Assembly (NCBI GenBank): GCA_051313645.2
Contig: JBNRSN020000524.1
Location: 124,001-188,000, forward strand
Direction of reading: 5' to 3'
Length of the DNA: 64,000 nucleotides
Source of the DNA: Centroscyllium fabricii
Lineage: Eukaryota
Shown: positions 35,572-49,055 of the stretch, piece after piece
Numbering within the stretch: position 1 is the stretch's first letter
Layout of the letters: every line of letters starts with the position of its first letter
Program-made: the position numbers and the translations under genes
Notes under the pieces: model-generated
Told to the model about the DNA's origin: nothing
The model's database searches: none
The model's input: only the letters and a program-made list of their open reading frames with translations

Positions 35572-37302
35572 AAATCACTCCCACCAATTTACACTGTAGT
35601 TAGTGATCTATTTAAGAGCCCTGTTTCTCAACAGATCTCACTGCACAGAGATCCGGTGACTCGTTCTACTGGTTTTCAGCTTTGCTGGTCACTGGCTTGT
35701 GGTTTTACTTTTTCTCCGCCGCTTTGATCTACAGTGACCTCCAACTTGCGTCATTTTAGCCAGCATCTTTCTGCGTCGCTATCGACTCTCATTCCTACAG
35801 AAACAACCTCCATCCTCAAACTCTCTACCCTTCAAATATCTTCTGGACTTCACTCACCTGCTTTGGACAGCGGTTAAGCGATATTCTGTGCCGGCCACAT
35901 CCTGCTCACGCCGGCTTTGTCCTTCCATGGGACCTTTGACTTTGACCCTGGCCTCCCTACTATTGTTCCCAACCTATTCCCTGCTACCAGAAAATATGTA
36001 TTCCATTAATTACTACATTTAAACAGGCCTATGTAACCTCAGCTTTTCTCGTGTCCATTCACGTGCGCACTTTGGCTGCCGCTCCAGACCCGAGCCATTC
36101 CATTTTTTCCCCCTATTTTCCTTTTCTCCCTATCCCTCCCTAGCTGCTTTCTTCTCTCATTATGCCTCCTTTCATCTCTCCTCGCTCGGATACACTGCCC
36201 TCCCAAATCCTTACATCCTTACCCCAATCCATCATTATTCTTCAACCATCCTACTCTCCTGCCGCCGACCCAGGCTTGACTCCCTCTTAGATAAGCCTAC
36301 AGCTTCCCTCTGTGCCTCCCTTGGCATCCTACGAAGGGCACATCGAGGCACTTGTTTCTGTTGCCTTACGAGCAGCAACCCCAATTGCCCCATCCTACTC
36401 TCACCAACCATCCCGCCCAGCGCACCCACTGGGGACAAATCTTGCACATCTCCTCCCCATCCAACTCAGACCCCCCCCACTCCCCCAGCGCTGATCCTGT
36501 GGATGCTGGCAGTGGGGCAGCCATCACCGACCCTCTCTGCATCTCCCTCCAGAATGTCCGTTCACTTACGAACAAGGCCCTTGCAATGCATGAGTTTTAT
36601 TTTGGATGATTGCTTCGTCATCATGACCCTGACAGAAACCTGGCTGAGGGGTGATGACACCTTACCCTTAAATGAAGCCTCCCTGCCTGGTTATACCTTC
36701 CACCACATGTTCCGCTCAGACCGTCGTGGTGGCGGCGTGGCTCTCATCACCAAATCACACCTTGGTCTGTCGCCCTATTCCTCCGGCAGTTTCTCCTTTG
36801 AGTATCTCACCTTATTCCCTCTCTTCTCACATTTAAAATTCTTGTTCTCTACCACCCCTCCAAGTACCATAAAAATGTTATTGCTGAGATATCTTCACTG
36901 CTCTCCTCCCTCAGCCTCTGCACCGAACGGCTTCTCATCCTCGGTGATTTCAACCTTCATCTCAATTCATCATGCTCTCTCTCCTGAGTTCACTAGCCAC
37001 CATTCCTCCCTTAATCTCTCCCTCCATGTAAACTCCCCAACCCATATTTATGCCATCCCCTCCAGCTTGCCATCTCTCATGGCCTCACTACTCCTATCGT
37101 GTCAATCGCAGATAAGGCCAAATCTGACCACTTCATCGTAACGCTCTCCACACACATCCCCCTTCCACCCCCACCCCCAACCCAACTTCCTTCTGTGTCC
37201 GTCCCTGGAAAAAACTCTCTCCCAACTCTCTTACAACTGCACTCATGAAATGCCCAACTGTCCAGCCTTTGGCCCTCCAGTCACCATGACATTTCTGCAG
37301 CT

Positions 37303-37377
37303 CCTCCTCTTCTTCTTAGGCAGTCCCTCAGAACCGAGGATGACTTGCTTCCACACTACAAAAGAGTTCTCGGGTGC
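37303..37377 (-). mobile_element. Short retroposon 3' tail insertion (RTE-like) in L2
   Basis: CTTCTTCTTAGGCAGTCCCTC..GAGGATGACTTGCTTCCA, flanked by a duplicated CTGCAGCT. Confidence 0.5.
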
Positions 37378-38288
37378 CTGCAGCTACCGATCTGCTCAAC
37401 CACACCCTCACCACTACCTTTGATGCCCTAGTCCCTACTAAAACAATTACTCTCTCACCCTGGCCATTCCCCCTGGTACAGCTCTCATCTTCACTCCCTT
37501 AAGTCCAGGGGATGAAGACTTGAACGGATATGGCGGACAACTGGTTTAGCCATTCACTGCCAGATCTGGCTGGACCACATAAAGCATTTTTGGGTTCTGC
37601 TCTCATCTGCCAAAATTGCTCACCATTTCAGAATCCTTCTGGAATGCAAAGATAAGCTCCGGCTCCTATGCTCTACTGCTAACCGTCTTCTTAAACCCCT
37701 CTCCCCTGTTTCCTCCACCCTCATCTCCGACAACAAGTGTGAGGAGCTCATGGACTTATTTGTCTCGAAGATTGAGACCATCCGTTCAGCTGCCTCTGCC
37801 ATTTCCCTTCCTACCCCTAGCCCACCAGGCCAAACTTCCTCTAAGGCGCCCCCCTTGCCCAAGCCCTGAATGCACATCTTTCTCCAGTTTCTCTCCGATC
37901 TCCCCTCATGCCCTTTCTGAGCTCATCTTGTCCATGTGACCCACTCCCTGCTCTCTCGACCCTATTCCCACCAAGTTGCTGACCACCCAACTTCCATTTC
38001 TGTCTCCCATGTTAGCTGACATTGTTAAGGTTCTCGCTCCTCAGGTATTGTCGCCCTCTCCCTCAAATCTGCCGTCATCACCCCTCTCAAAAAAAAAACA
38101 ACCACTGACCCCTCCGTCCTTGCAAACTACCCCCCCCATCTCCACCCTCCCTTTCCTCTCCAGTCCTTAAACATGCTGTCGCCTCCCAAATCCATGCCCA
38201 TCTGTCCAGCAATTCCATGTTTGAATCCCTCCAATCAGATTTCTGCCCTTACCACAGTACCGAAACGGCTCTCGTCAAAGACACAAAT

Positions 38289-38517
38289 TGATGTGACAAA
38301 AGCGACTTACACATCAAATACTTTAAGCAAAGCTTTAATCAGCTATTTACAGAGTTGAGAGTTTTAACATATTTACATAGAGAAGCATTATCTCAGACTG
38401 AATAGCAGCAGAATTTATACTACTGCACAGGAAGTGACATGTACAGGAAGTGATGTCACTGGAAGTTCATAAGCAGAGTTCATCCGACTTCCTGCCGGAA
38501 GTCTCAATATCATTACA
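38289..38517 (-). mobile_element. Solo LTR
   Basis: TG...CA ends; 5-bp TSD CAAAT; TATAAA and ATTAAA on the minus strand. Homologous to 46055-46300. Confidence 0.85.
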
Positions 38518-39779
38518 CAAATTACATCCTTTGTGACTGTGACAAAGGTAAACTATCCCTTCTCGTCCTTCTTGACTTATCTGCAGCCACTGACCCGGTT
38601 GACCACTCCATCCTTCTCCAACTCCTCTCCACTGTCGTCCAGCTGGGTGGGACTGCACTCGCTTGGTTCCATTCTTATCTATCTAATCGTAGCCAGAGAA
38701 TCACCTGCAATGGCTTCTCTTCCCACTCTCGCAGCATTACCTCTGGTGTCCCTCTAGGATCTATCCTTGGCTCCCTCCTATTTCTCACCTACATGTTTCC
38801 CCTTGGCGACATCATCTGAAAACACAGCATCAGTTTCCACATGTACGCTGACAACACCCAGCTCTATCCCTCTACGGTCTCTAAATTGTCAGACTGCTAC
38901 AGTTCTGGATGAGCAGAAATTTTCTTCAATTAAATATTGGGAAGACCAAAGCCATTGTTTTCAGTCCCTGCCACAAGCTCCGTTCCCTAGCCACTGACTC
39001 CATCCCTCTCCCTAACATCTGCCTGAGGCTGAACCACACTGTTCGCAACCTTGGTGTCATATTTGAAATGAGCTTCAGACCACATATCCGCAGCATAACA
39101 AAGACCGCCTATTTCTACCTCTGTAATATCGCCTGTCTCCGCCCTTGCCTCAGCTCATCTGCTGCTGAAACCCTCATCCATGCCTTTGTTACCTCTAGAC
39201 TTGACTATTTCAACACACTCCTGGCTGACCTCCCACATTCTACCCTACGTAAACTTGAGGTGATCCAAAACTCAGCTGCCCGTGTCCTAACTCGCACCAA
39301 GTCCCGTTCGCCCATCACCCCTGTGCTCCCTGACCTACATTGGTGCCCAGTTAAGCAACACCTTGATTTCAAAATTCTCATCCTTGTTTTCAGATCCCTC
39401 CATGGCCTCGCCCCTCCCTATCTCTGTAATCTCCTTCAGCCCCACAACATCCTCGAGATATCTGTGCTCATCTAATTCTACCCTCCTGAGCATCCCTGAT
39501 TATAATCGCTCAACCATTGGTGGCCGTGCTTTCTGTTGCCTCGGCCCTAAGCTCTGGAATTACCTGCCTAAACCTCTCCGCCTCGCTACCTGTCTTTCCT
39601 CCTTTAAGACGCTCCTTAATACCTACCTCTTTGACCAAGCTTTTGGTCACCTGCCCTAATTTATCCTTATGTGGCTTGGTGCCAATTTCTTTGTCTTATA
39701 ATACTCCTCTGAAGCACCTTGGGACATTTTACCAAGTTAAAGGTGCTATATAAATAAAAGTTGTTGTTGTTGCTGTAGT

Positions 39780-42415
39780 ACATCCTGTAATATGTACTGT
39801 TGTCACCTTGTGAGGGAGTGGGTGAATACTGAGTACAATGGCAGGGATGCCAATCAGTGAACTGCTCTGTCCTGGATGCTGTTGAGCTTCTTGCATGTTG
39901 TTGTGCCCATCCAGGCAAGTAGTGAGTGTTGCATCACGCTCCTAATTTGAGCCACTCATTGCAGAGTACCAAGCCTTTGCCCTGCTCTTATAGCTATGAT
40001 CTTGATATGACTGTTCCATTTAAGCTTCTGTTAGTAAAGACGCCCCCCCCCCATCTCAAGATGTTGATGGTGGGGGACTCCGCAACAGTGGTGCTGTTGA
40101 AAGAGGAGATGGTTGGAAATTCTCCTCTTCAAGATGGTCATTACCTGGTGCTTATGTGGCACAAAAGATTCCTGCCAGTTGTCAGCCCAAGTCTAAATGT
40201 TGTCCAGCTTCTGCTGTAGGGTGGCATTGGCTGCTTCATTATTGGAGGAACTTAACGCGGTGGAATTGTCAGCGAACAGCCTTATGACTGAGGGAAGATC
40301 ATTGATGAAGCCGCTAGAGATGGTTGGGTCAAAAATACTTTCTTGAGGAGCTCCTGCGTCAGTGTCCTCGGACTTTGATTATTGGCCTCTGACAACCACG
40401 GCCGCCTTTGTTTGTGTTCGGTATGACTCCAGCCATTGAAAGGTTTTCCCTGTAAGCCCCATTGACCTCAGTTTTGCTCGGGCTTCTTGGTGCCACACTC
40501 AGTTGAATTATACCTTGTTTTGAGGGCAGCTGCTCCCACCTCTCCTCTGGATCAAAGCTGTGATGAGGTTTGGCGGCGAGTGGTTCTCGTAGAACTGAAA
40601 CGGATCAACAGTGAGTGGGTTATTGGTGACCAGCAGTTGCTTAATGGCACTTTCGTTTATTCTTTTATGGGATGTGGGCATCGCTGCCAAAGCCAGTATT
40701 TATTGCCCATCCCTAATTGCTCTTGAGAAGGTGGTGGTGAGCCGCCTTCTTGAACCGCTGCAGTCCGTGTGGTGAAGGTACTCCCACAGAGCTGTTAAGG
40801 AGGGAGTTCCAGGATTTTGACCCTTCCATCTTTTTCACTGATGATTGTGGGGAGGCTTATTGGGCAATAATTGACCAAGTTAAATTTATTTGTTTTTCTT
40901 TACATACCTGGGCAGTCTTCCACATTGTCTTGTAGATGCCAGTATCATAGTTGTAGTGGAATAGTTCAACAAGGGGATCAACTTGTCCTGGTGCACAGGT
41001 CTTCAGCACTATAGTTGGGATGTTGTCGAGCACAAAACCTTTACGTTTTCCAATGGATTCAGCCACTTCTTAATGTCACTGAAGTGAACCAAATTGGCTG
41101 GAGACTCACATCAATGATGGTGGGGACTGCGAGAAAAGACCAAGTAGATTGTACACTTGCACTATTGGCTGAAGATACTTGCAAACACTTCAGCCTTGTT
41201 TCTTGCACTCGTGTGTTGGGCTTCGCCGTTGTGGAGTATGGAATGTTCATGGCGCTCCCTGCTCGGTTAGTTGCCTGCTTGTCCAACACTATTCTCAACT
41301 GGATGTGGTAAGATGACAGAGCTTTGCTCTGATCCATTGGTTGTGGGACTGCATAGCTCTGTCTCTTGCCTGCTGCATTTTGTATTTAGTGTGCAAATAG
41401 CCCTGTATTTAGTTTCACTAGGTTGATACTTCATTCTAAGGTATGCCTGGTACTGCTACTGGCACAGGTTTGGTCCCCTGGCTTTGATGGTGATGGAGGA
41501 GCATGGGATATGCTAGGCCATGAAGTTACAAATTGTGGTCATTTATAATTCTGCTAATGATGGCCAACAGCACCTCATGGGTGTCCAGTTTTGGGCTTCC
41601 AGTTCTGTCCTTAGTCTGTTCCACCTTGCATGGTGGTAGTGCCACACTACACGATGGAGAATGCCCTCATTGTGGAGACGAGACTTTTTTTCACAAGGAC
41701 TTTGCAGTGGTCACTCTTACCATTGCTATTGTTGTCAGATGTGTCTGTAACAGATAGGTTTGTGAGGATGCAGTCATGAAGGTTACTTCCTCGTGTTGGT
41801 TCCCTCACCACCTGACAATGGCCCAGACCGGCAGCTATGTCCTTCAAGACTTGACTCAGTTACTGGTGGTACTACCAAGATACCCTGGGTGGTAGTCGTC
41901 CACCAAAGTACATTCTGATCTTCTTCCAAGTGATGTTTAACATGGCGGAATAGTGATTCATCAGTTGACTTGGGTAGGCGGGCTGTTAGTGGTAGTCACC
42001 AGGACATTTCCTTGACCATGTTTGACCTAGACTTCATGGGGTTTGGAGACTATGTTGAGAATTGCAAAGGTCGCTTCCACCCGACTGTATATCACTGTGC
42101 TCCCAGCTCTAGTGGGTCTATCTTTCCTGTGGGACAGGATATACCAGGGGTAGTGATGGTGAGTCTGGGATGTTGGCTGATAGATATGATTCTGTGAGTA
42201 TGACTGTGTCAGGCTGTTGCTTGACTAGCCTGTGGTACAGTTCTCCCAACTTGGGCACTAATCCCCAGATCTTAGTGAGGAGGACTTTGCTGAAATTGCA
42301 TAAGTCTTGCCTGAATCATTATGAATCTGTCTGATTTTATTATTATTTTTCAATTTGGTCATGATTTGTTAGTTGCTTTCTCAGCTACTTCAGAGGACAT
42401 GGGAGGTCAATCACA
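39780..42415 (-). mobile_element. Old, heavily decayed CR1-clade LINE (ORF2 remnants)
   Basis: Minus remnants DNIPTIVLKTCAP, MWKTAQV, QVVREPTRGSNL..ILTN..SDH. A younger 3'-tail insertion lies at ~40655-40822. Confidence 0.65.
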
Positions 42416-42417
42416 TA

Positions 42418-43012
42418 GGGGGGGAATTTCATGTCCCTGTGAGGTGGGGTTTTTGGCAGCTCGGCCGGCAAAATAGCGCAACCAGTGGGTCGCGAACCTC
42501 CGCCCCCACCAGATCCCTGCCATTTTATCATTTTCCCCGCCCTGATTCCCCGCCCCGAAACCTTGCCGCCAGCAGGGATGGGTTGTCACCTCGTTAAGGG
42601 CCCTTAATTGCCATGTTTAATGCCATTTTAAGGGCCCTCAGCCATTTTGAGCCATTTCCCACCCTAACCCCGTCACCTTAAACCCCAGGATTCGGAGCCC
42701 GCCCGCCCACCTGTCAGTCACCAGCACTTGACCTTTCCCATTGGTTCCACTCGACTGTGATGTCACAGTGGAGTGTTTCCATGGGAACTGTCAACAACCA
42801 GTGCTGGAACTATCAATCAAGCTCCTCGCAGCCCCGCTGCAGCCTGACTCGATTGAGTTAATTACCACCCGCTGCCGCCGGTGGGGATTTAACAACTCAA
42901 ATAAATTAAAATTGCGTCGGCTTCCCAGGCCCTTGGGTGGGCGGGACAGGAACCCGCCCAGACCAATCTCCGCCAGGTTCCCGCACTTCTGGCAAAATCC
43001 CCCCCCCCCCCC
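42418..43012. mobile_element. Non-autonomous Harbinger-type DNA element (family B, shorter copy)
   Basis: GGGGGGGAATTTC..AAAATCCCCCCC ends, ATA/ATT flanks; shares internal blocks with 23449-24247. Confidence 0.75.
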
Positions 43013-43745
43013 ATTGTGTGGGACTGGAGTCACATGCATGCTAGTCCTGAAGGACATTAAGTGAACCAGTTTTTTTTAACAAAGCGGCAGCTTTTATGGT
43101 TACTTTCCTAGCATGAGCCTATAATTTTTTTTACAATTATTAAATTCAATTCCATAACTAGCCTAATTTGGGATTTTAATTCAAGATCTCTGGTTTGCTA
43201 GTCAAGTACCATAATTACACTACTGTATCCCGATTATTGTGCTTACATTGGTGCTTGCTAAAGTTGTGAAACTGCTATTATATCTCAAATTATCCATAAT
43301 CTTCGAAGTTCTGGCTTAATCCATTCTTGCCAATATGGTTCTGAGCAATTTTGTTGCCCTATATTATGTACATCTGGAAATCTCCTCTTGAACACTTTGG
43401 TGGACTTTTGTCATTGCTTTGGACATTTCCAAACATTTAACAAGGGCTCGCACTCAGCACATCTGAACAAGGTACCATCATATAACCTCCCAGCAGAACT
43501 ACGTTGATGGCTATAAAGTTTCCCCTCAAATTGGTTTATTTGCTGGGTTATCCTCTTTTTCCATTAACTCGGGGTCCCAGGACTCTGTATTACTCTGTTC
43601 CTTTTTCATATCAAATCCTCTTTCGTTCATCGTCCACTCCTTTGCTGAATGCCTTCCAAATCTCCTTTGTTGCTGAAGATTCCTCACGAAATCTATTTCC
43701 ACGATACTAAACACTTATTTTCCCCTTAACAACTCTTAATTCAAT

Positions 43746-44517
43746 GGCCCAGAAATTCGGGTTGGAGGCTTCCTGCGAGTGCAAGCCTCCAACCCATACT
43801 TACGGAGCGCACCTGCCATTCTCTTCTGGGATTTGAAATCCCGATTCCAGGCACTGCTCCAGGCCCCACGCGCCGCGCTGAAACAACTCAGCGTTGGAGT
43901 TAGTGGGGAAGCTCCGCGCAGGACCACGTGGTCCGCGGGGAGCCAATCACTGGAAAGAATCCTCCATTCATAACTTTGACAGAGAGATCTGTCAAAATTA
44001 TGAAATGGAAGAGCTCCAAAAACACAGTAAACAGTTAAATAAATTTTTAAAAAGCACCACATTTTTTAACATTACTATAACTAACATAAATGACCTATTT
44101 TAAACAAAAAATAAAAATTTTGAAAAAATATTTTATGTTTTTAACTGCCCGAAAAAAATACTTACCTGTCTTTAAAGTTTAAAAAAATTAAAAACCTGTT
44201 TATAAAAAAAAAACTTCAATTCAATAAAATAAAGACTTACCTGCTAAAAAGGGCTCGTTACGGCTGATATTTTCAGCCGTAACTTTCCCGATACCCCGAT
44301 GAAAAACTCGGAAAAGAATCGGAAGTGCACTGCGCACCTCCTGGTGCGCAGGCCAACGCGCTTCAGCTCCCGACCCTCCCCCCGGCCTTCTTCGGAATTG
44401 CAGGTATCCCACGCATGCATGGGAAATGGCGTCTACCTGCAATTCCAAGGGCTGCATGCATGAGTACCCGCTCCGTACTCACGCGTTGGGCCCCGGGGCC
44501 ATCTGAAAAACCGGCCC
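43746..44517. mobile_element. Non-autonomous Harbinger-type DNA element (family A, opposite orientation)
   Basis: AAT|GGCCCAGAAATT ... CCGGCCC|AAT (3-bp TSD). The internal CTTACCTGTCTTTAAAGTT and GAGCCAATCA blocks are reverse complements of those in 4465-5225. Confidence 0.7.
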
Positions 44518-44555
44518 AATAAAGTCCCAACTTCATCCAAGACTTGAATACTGTC

Positions 44556-47500
44556 CCCATATTGAGGATGTTGTCAGCTGGAGGAGTTCGAGCTCCAGGT
44601 TTCGGAGCTTGAGCAGCAGCTGGCGTCACTGCGGTGCACCCATGAGGCGAGAACTTCCTGGATAGCATGTTTCAGGAGGTGGTCACCCCGCAGCTAAGGA
44701 GTGCGCAGGGAGGGAATAGATGACCGCCAGACAGAAAAGGAGGACCAGGCAGGCAGTGCAAGAGTCCCCTGAGTGTATCTCGTGCTCCAACCAGTATTCG
44801 GTTCTGAGTACTGGTGAGGACAATGGTTCCTCTGGGGAGTACAGCCAGAGCCAAGTCCACAGCACCATGGGTGGCTCAGTTGTACGGGGGCAGGAAGAAG
44901 AGTGGGAGAGAAATAGTGGTCGAGGATTCGATAGTTAGGGGAGCAGACAGGTGTTTCTGCGGCCACAGACGTGACTCCAGGATGGTATGTTGCCTCCCTT
45001 GTGCCAGGGTCAAGGATGTCACTGAGCAGCTGGAGAACATTCTGAGTGGGGAGGGTGGTCCATATTGGTACCAACGACATAGTTAGAAAGAGAGATGAGG
45101 TCCTGCAGGCAGATTGTAGGGAGCTAGGAAAGAGATTAAAAAGCAGGACCTCAAAGGTAGTAATCTCCGGATTACTCCCAGTGCCACACGCAAGTGAGTA
45201 TAGAAATAGGAGGATAGAGCAGATGAATGGGTGGATGGAGAGATGGTTCAGGAGGGAGCGCTTCAGATTCAAGGGGCAGTGGGACCAGTTCTGGGGCACG
45301 TGGGACCTGTACAGGCCAGACGGGTTGCACCTCAACAGGGCCAGAACCAATATCCTCGTGGGAAGTTTTGCTAGTGCAGTTGGGGAGGGTTTAAATTAAT
45401 TTGACACGAAGATATTCCTGGTTATAAGGTGTACAGGAAAGATGGGGAAGGAAAGATAGGAGGTGGTGTGGCAGTATTGGTTAAGAAGAATGTTAGTGCT
45501 GGAGAGGTAGGATGTCCTGGAGAGGACCAGGACAGAATATATATGGCTAGAGTTAAGAAATAATAGAGGTGCCATTACACTACTAGGTGTATTCTATAGA
45601 CCACCAAATAGTGGGAAAGATATGGAGGAGCAAATTTGCAGAGAAACTACAGAGAGGTGCAAGAACTATAGAGTAGTAATAATGGGGGACTTCAACTATC
45701 CTAATATAGACTGAGATTGTAATAGTGTAAAGGGCAGAGAAGGGGAAGAATTTCTGAAGTGTGTTCAGGAGAACTTTCTTGATCAGTATATTTCCGGCCC
45801 GACGAGGGAGGAGGCATTGCTGGATCTGGTTCTCGGTAATGAGGTAGGTCAAGTGGAGCAAGTGTCAGTAGGTGAACATTTAGGGAACAGTGATCATAGT
45901 ACCATAAGGTTTAGATTAGCTATGGAAAAGGACAGGGAGCAAGCTAGAGTAAGAATGTTTATTTGGGGGGAAGACCAATTTCAGTGGGATGAGAATGGAT
46001 CTGGCCCATGTAAACTGGAATCAAAGATTGGCAGGCAAAACTGTAGTGGCTGTCTGCTGTGACAAAAGAGACCTACACATCAATAACTCTAAGCAAAGCT
46101 TTAATCAACTATTTACAGAGTTAGAGTTTCACATGCTTACAGGGGAAGCATCATCCCAGACTGGATAGCAGCAGAACTTATACCACTAGACAGGAAGTGA
46201 CGTATATACAGGAAGTGATGTGTAAAAAGGAAATGATGTCACAGGAAATACATATGCAGAGTTCATTAGACTTTCTGCCAGAAGTTTCAATATCACCACA
46301 CTGTCTTTAAAGAAGAAATTGTTCGGATACAGTTGAGGTACATTCCCACGAGGGGAAAAGGTAGGTCAACTAAAGTCAGAGCTCCCTGGATGACGAAACA
46401 GATGGTCAATATGATGAAGCAGAAAAAGAGGACGTATGACAGTTACAAATACATCTGAGAATCAGGCTATGTACAGAAAGGTCAGAGAAGTGAAAAAGAA
46501 AAGAGAGGGTATGAGAATAGAATGGTAGCCAGCATAAAAGGTATTCCAAAAGTCTTCTATAGGCATATAAATAGTAAAAGGGTAATAAGAGGAGGGGTGG
46601 GGCTGATTAGGGACCAAAAAGGAGACCTACGCAGGGAGGCAGAGGGTATAGCTGAGGTACTCAATGAACACTTTGCATCTGTCTGCAGCAAGGAAGAGAA
46701 TGCTGCCATAGACATCGTGAAGGAGGAGGTAGTGGAGATACTTGATAGTATAAAAATTGATAAAGAAGAAGTATTGGAAAGGCTGGCTCTATTTAAAGTA
46801 GATAAGTCACCAGGAGCGGATGGGATGCATCCTAGGATGCTGAGAGAATTGAGGGCGGAAATCGTGGAGGTACTGGCCATAATATTCCAATCCTCCTTAG
46901 ATACGGGGGTGGTGCCAGAGGACTGGAGAATTGCAAATGTTACACCATTGTTCAAAAAAGGGTGTACAGATAAACCCAGCAACTACAGGCCAGTCAGTTT
47001 AACCTTGGTAGTGGGGAAGCTTTTAGAAACAGTAATCAGGGACAAAATTAATCAGGGACAAAATTAACAGTCACTTGGATAGGTGTGGATTAATTAAGGA
47101 AATCCAGCACAGATTTGTTAAAGTCAAATCGTGTTTAACCAACTTGATAGAGTTTTTTGATGAGAGTAATGCGGTTGGCATAGTGTACATTGATTTCCAA
47201 AAGGTGTTCAACAAAGTGCCACATAATAGGCTTGCCAGCAAAGTTAAAACCCATGGAATAAAATGGACAGTGGCAGCATGGATACGAATTTGGCTAAGTG
47301 ACAGGAAACAGAGAGTAATAGTGAACAGTTGTCTTTTGGACTGGAGGAAGATATACAGTAGTGTTCCCCAGGGCTCGGTTCTAGGACCACTGCTTTTCTT
47401 GATATATATTAATAACTTGGATGTGGCTGTACAGGGCACAATTTCAAAATTTGCAGATGACACAAAACTTGGAAGTATAGTGAACAGCGAGGAGGATAGT

Positions 47501-48295
47501 GATAGACTTCAAGAGGACATAGACAGGATGGTGAAATGGGCGGACACATGGCAGATGAAATTTAATGCAGAAAAGTGCGAAATGATACATTTTGGTAGAA
47601 AGAATGAGGAGAGGACATATAAACGAAATGGTACAACCCTGAAGGGGGTGCACGAACAGGGAGACCTGGGGGTCTATGTGCACAAATCGTTGAAGGTGGC
47701 AGGGCAGGTTGAGAAAGCGGTTAAAAAGGTTTATGGGATCGTGGGCTTCATAAATAGAGATATAGAGTACAACAGTGTGGAAATTAGGATGAGCCTGTAT
47801 AAAACACTGGTTCAGCCCCAACTGGAGTAGTGTGTCCAATTCTGGGCACCACACTTTAGGAGGGATGTGAAGGCCTTAGAGAAGGTGCAGTAAAGATTTA
47901 CAAGAATGATTCCAGGAATGAGGGACTTCAGTTACATTGATAGACTGGAGAGGAGATTTGATAGAGGTGTTCAAAATCATGGGGCTGCTGGACAGGGTAA
48001 ATAGGGAGAAACTCTTCCCATTGGCAGAAGGGTCGAGAACCAGAGAACACAGGTGATTGGCAAAAGAACCAAAGGCGACATAAGAAAAAACTTTTTTGCT
48101 CAGCGAGTGGTTAAGATTTGGAATGCACTGCCTGAAAGGGTGGTGGAGACAGACTCAATCTGGAGTTGGATAAGTATCTGAAGGGAACAAATTTGCAGGG
48201 CTTTGGAGAAAGGGCAGGGGAGTGGGACTAGCTGAGAGTCCGCACGGACTCGACAGGCCAAATGGCCACCTTCCGTGCGGTAACCATTCTATGAT
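44556..48295 (+). mobile_element. Decayed CR1 LINE (ORF1 esterase, endonuclease, RT, 3' tail)
   Basis: DSIVRGAD, HIGTND, DGLHLN; LDLVLGN..SDH; DKSPGADG, NYRPVSLT, VPQGSVLGP, FADDTK. Several stops, an internal deletion near 45400 and a 16-bp tandem duplication near 47034-47066. Confidence 0.92.
46055..46300 (-). mobile_element. Solo LTR (same family as 38289-38517)
   Basis: TG...CA ends; 5-bp TSD CTGTC at 46050-54 and 46301-05. Confidence 0.87.
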
Positions 48296-48981
48296 TCAAC
48301 CTCTGTCATGCTGCTGAACAAAGTTAAAAAGCTTGTCAAATGATGCTCCTTTCAGCTTTCCTCTTTTTATTTCAAAACTGCAAACTCACAATCCTGTGCA
48401 CTCTTCCCTACATTCCTACTGTGTTGAAAGCAAGATTCATTGCCTAGCCACCAATTTAACTCCTTTTTCCCAGGACCTCAAAACTGTAGAATTACATTTC
48501 TCCCCAATCTTTCATTAATCCTACAGTCTTCAGATTTTAAAACCCAGTCTTGGCATCGCCTAATCCCTGCTACCTAATTTACTTTGTTTTATCTTTATTC
48601 CTAGTTTCAACCTGGGAGCCCATTGTATGAGGTTGACTTCTAACAACCTTACCCAACAACTATCTCTCCTGCCGAAAGACAAGAAAAATCAAAAGACCAG
48701 TGTACCTAGTGTCAAATCTCATTTTGCCCTCTTTCCAAATAATTGAATAAAATTTATAGCAATACAAATGATGTAATATTGTATAATATGCAATGCACTA
48801 TTTTTAAATTCGCCATAATTAGAACACTATCAGTGAAGGTTTGTATATCAGTCATTTGGAGTAGATTAAAGGTTTGAGAAAAGACAATGGTCAGTCCCAG
48901 TAATCAATGAATCTTAAAGGTGCTTTTAGTCAGTAATGATTTGTTAATTACTGTATTGATGAACTTTTTTGACTTGCCTAG

Positions 48982-49055
48982 GGAAAAAGAACACGATCTT
49001 GAGAGACGCTTTGAGCTGCTAAATAGAGAATTACGGGCTATGCTTGCAATAGAAG
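48982..49055 (+). CDS. EHBP1: EH domain-binding protein 1, next internal coding exon (bMERB domain)
   Basis: Acceptor ttgcctag and donor gtaagt. Translation (L)EKEHDLERRFELLNRELRAMLAIE(D) continues the 23248-23347 exon in frame (TT+G = Leu). Confidence 0.93.

Larger units (their letters stand above)
30825..35725 (-). mobile_element. Near full-length, frameshifted CR1 LINE (ORF1 Zn-finger plus SGNH esterase; ORF2 endonuclease plus RT)
   Basis: CSSCCMWE..HVCGKC; VGDSIVRG/GTND/DGLH; YFNARS, YRPP, GDFNFP, SDH; YRPVSLTS, DFSKAFDKVPH, FADDTK, FFTQRVVGVW. A second CR1 tail is nested at ~30848-30955. Confidence 0.93.
35730..39772 (+). mobile_element. L2 LINE, long decayed copy (endonuclease plus RT plus 3' tail)
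   Basis: LQNVRSL, LTETWL, RRGGGVAL, GDFN; HMYADNTQL; LQLNIGKT, VRNLGVI, LIHAFVTSRLDY, IQNSAAR, LHW; (TTG)n tail. Its 5' part may lie at ~30400-30810, on the other side of the CR1. Confidence 0.9.
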
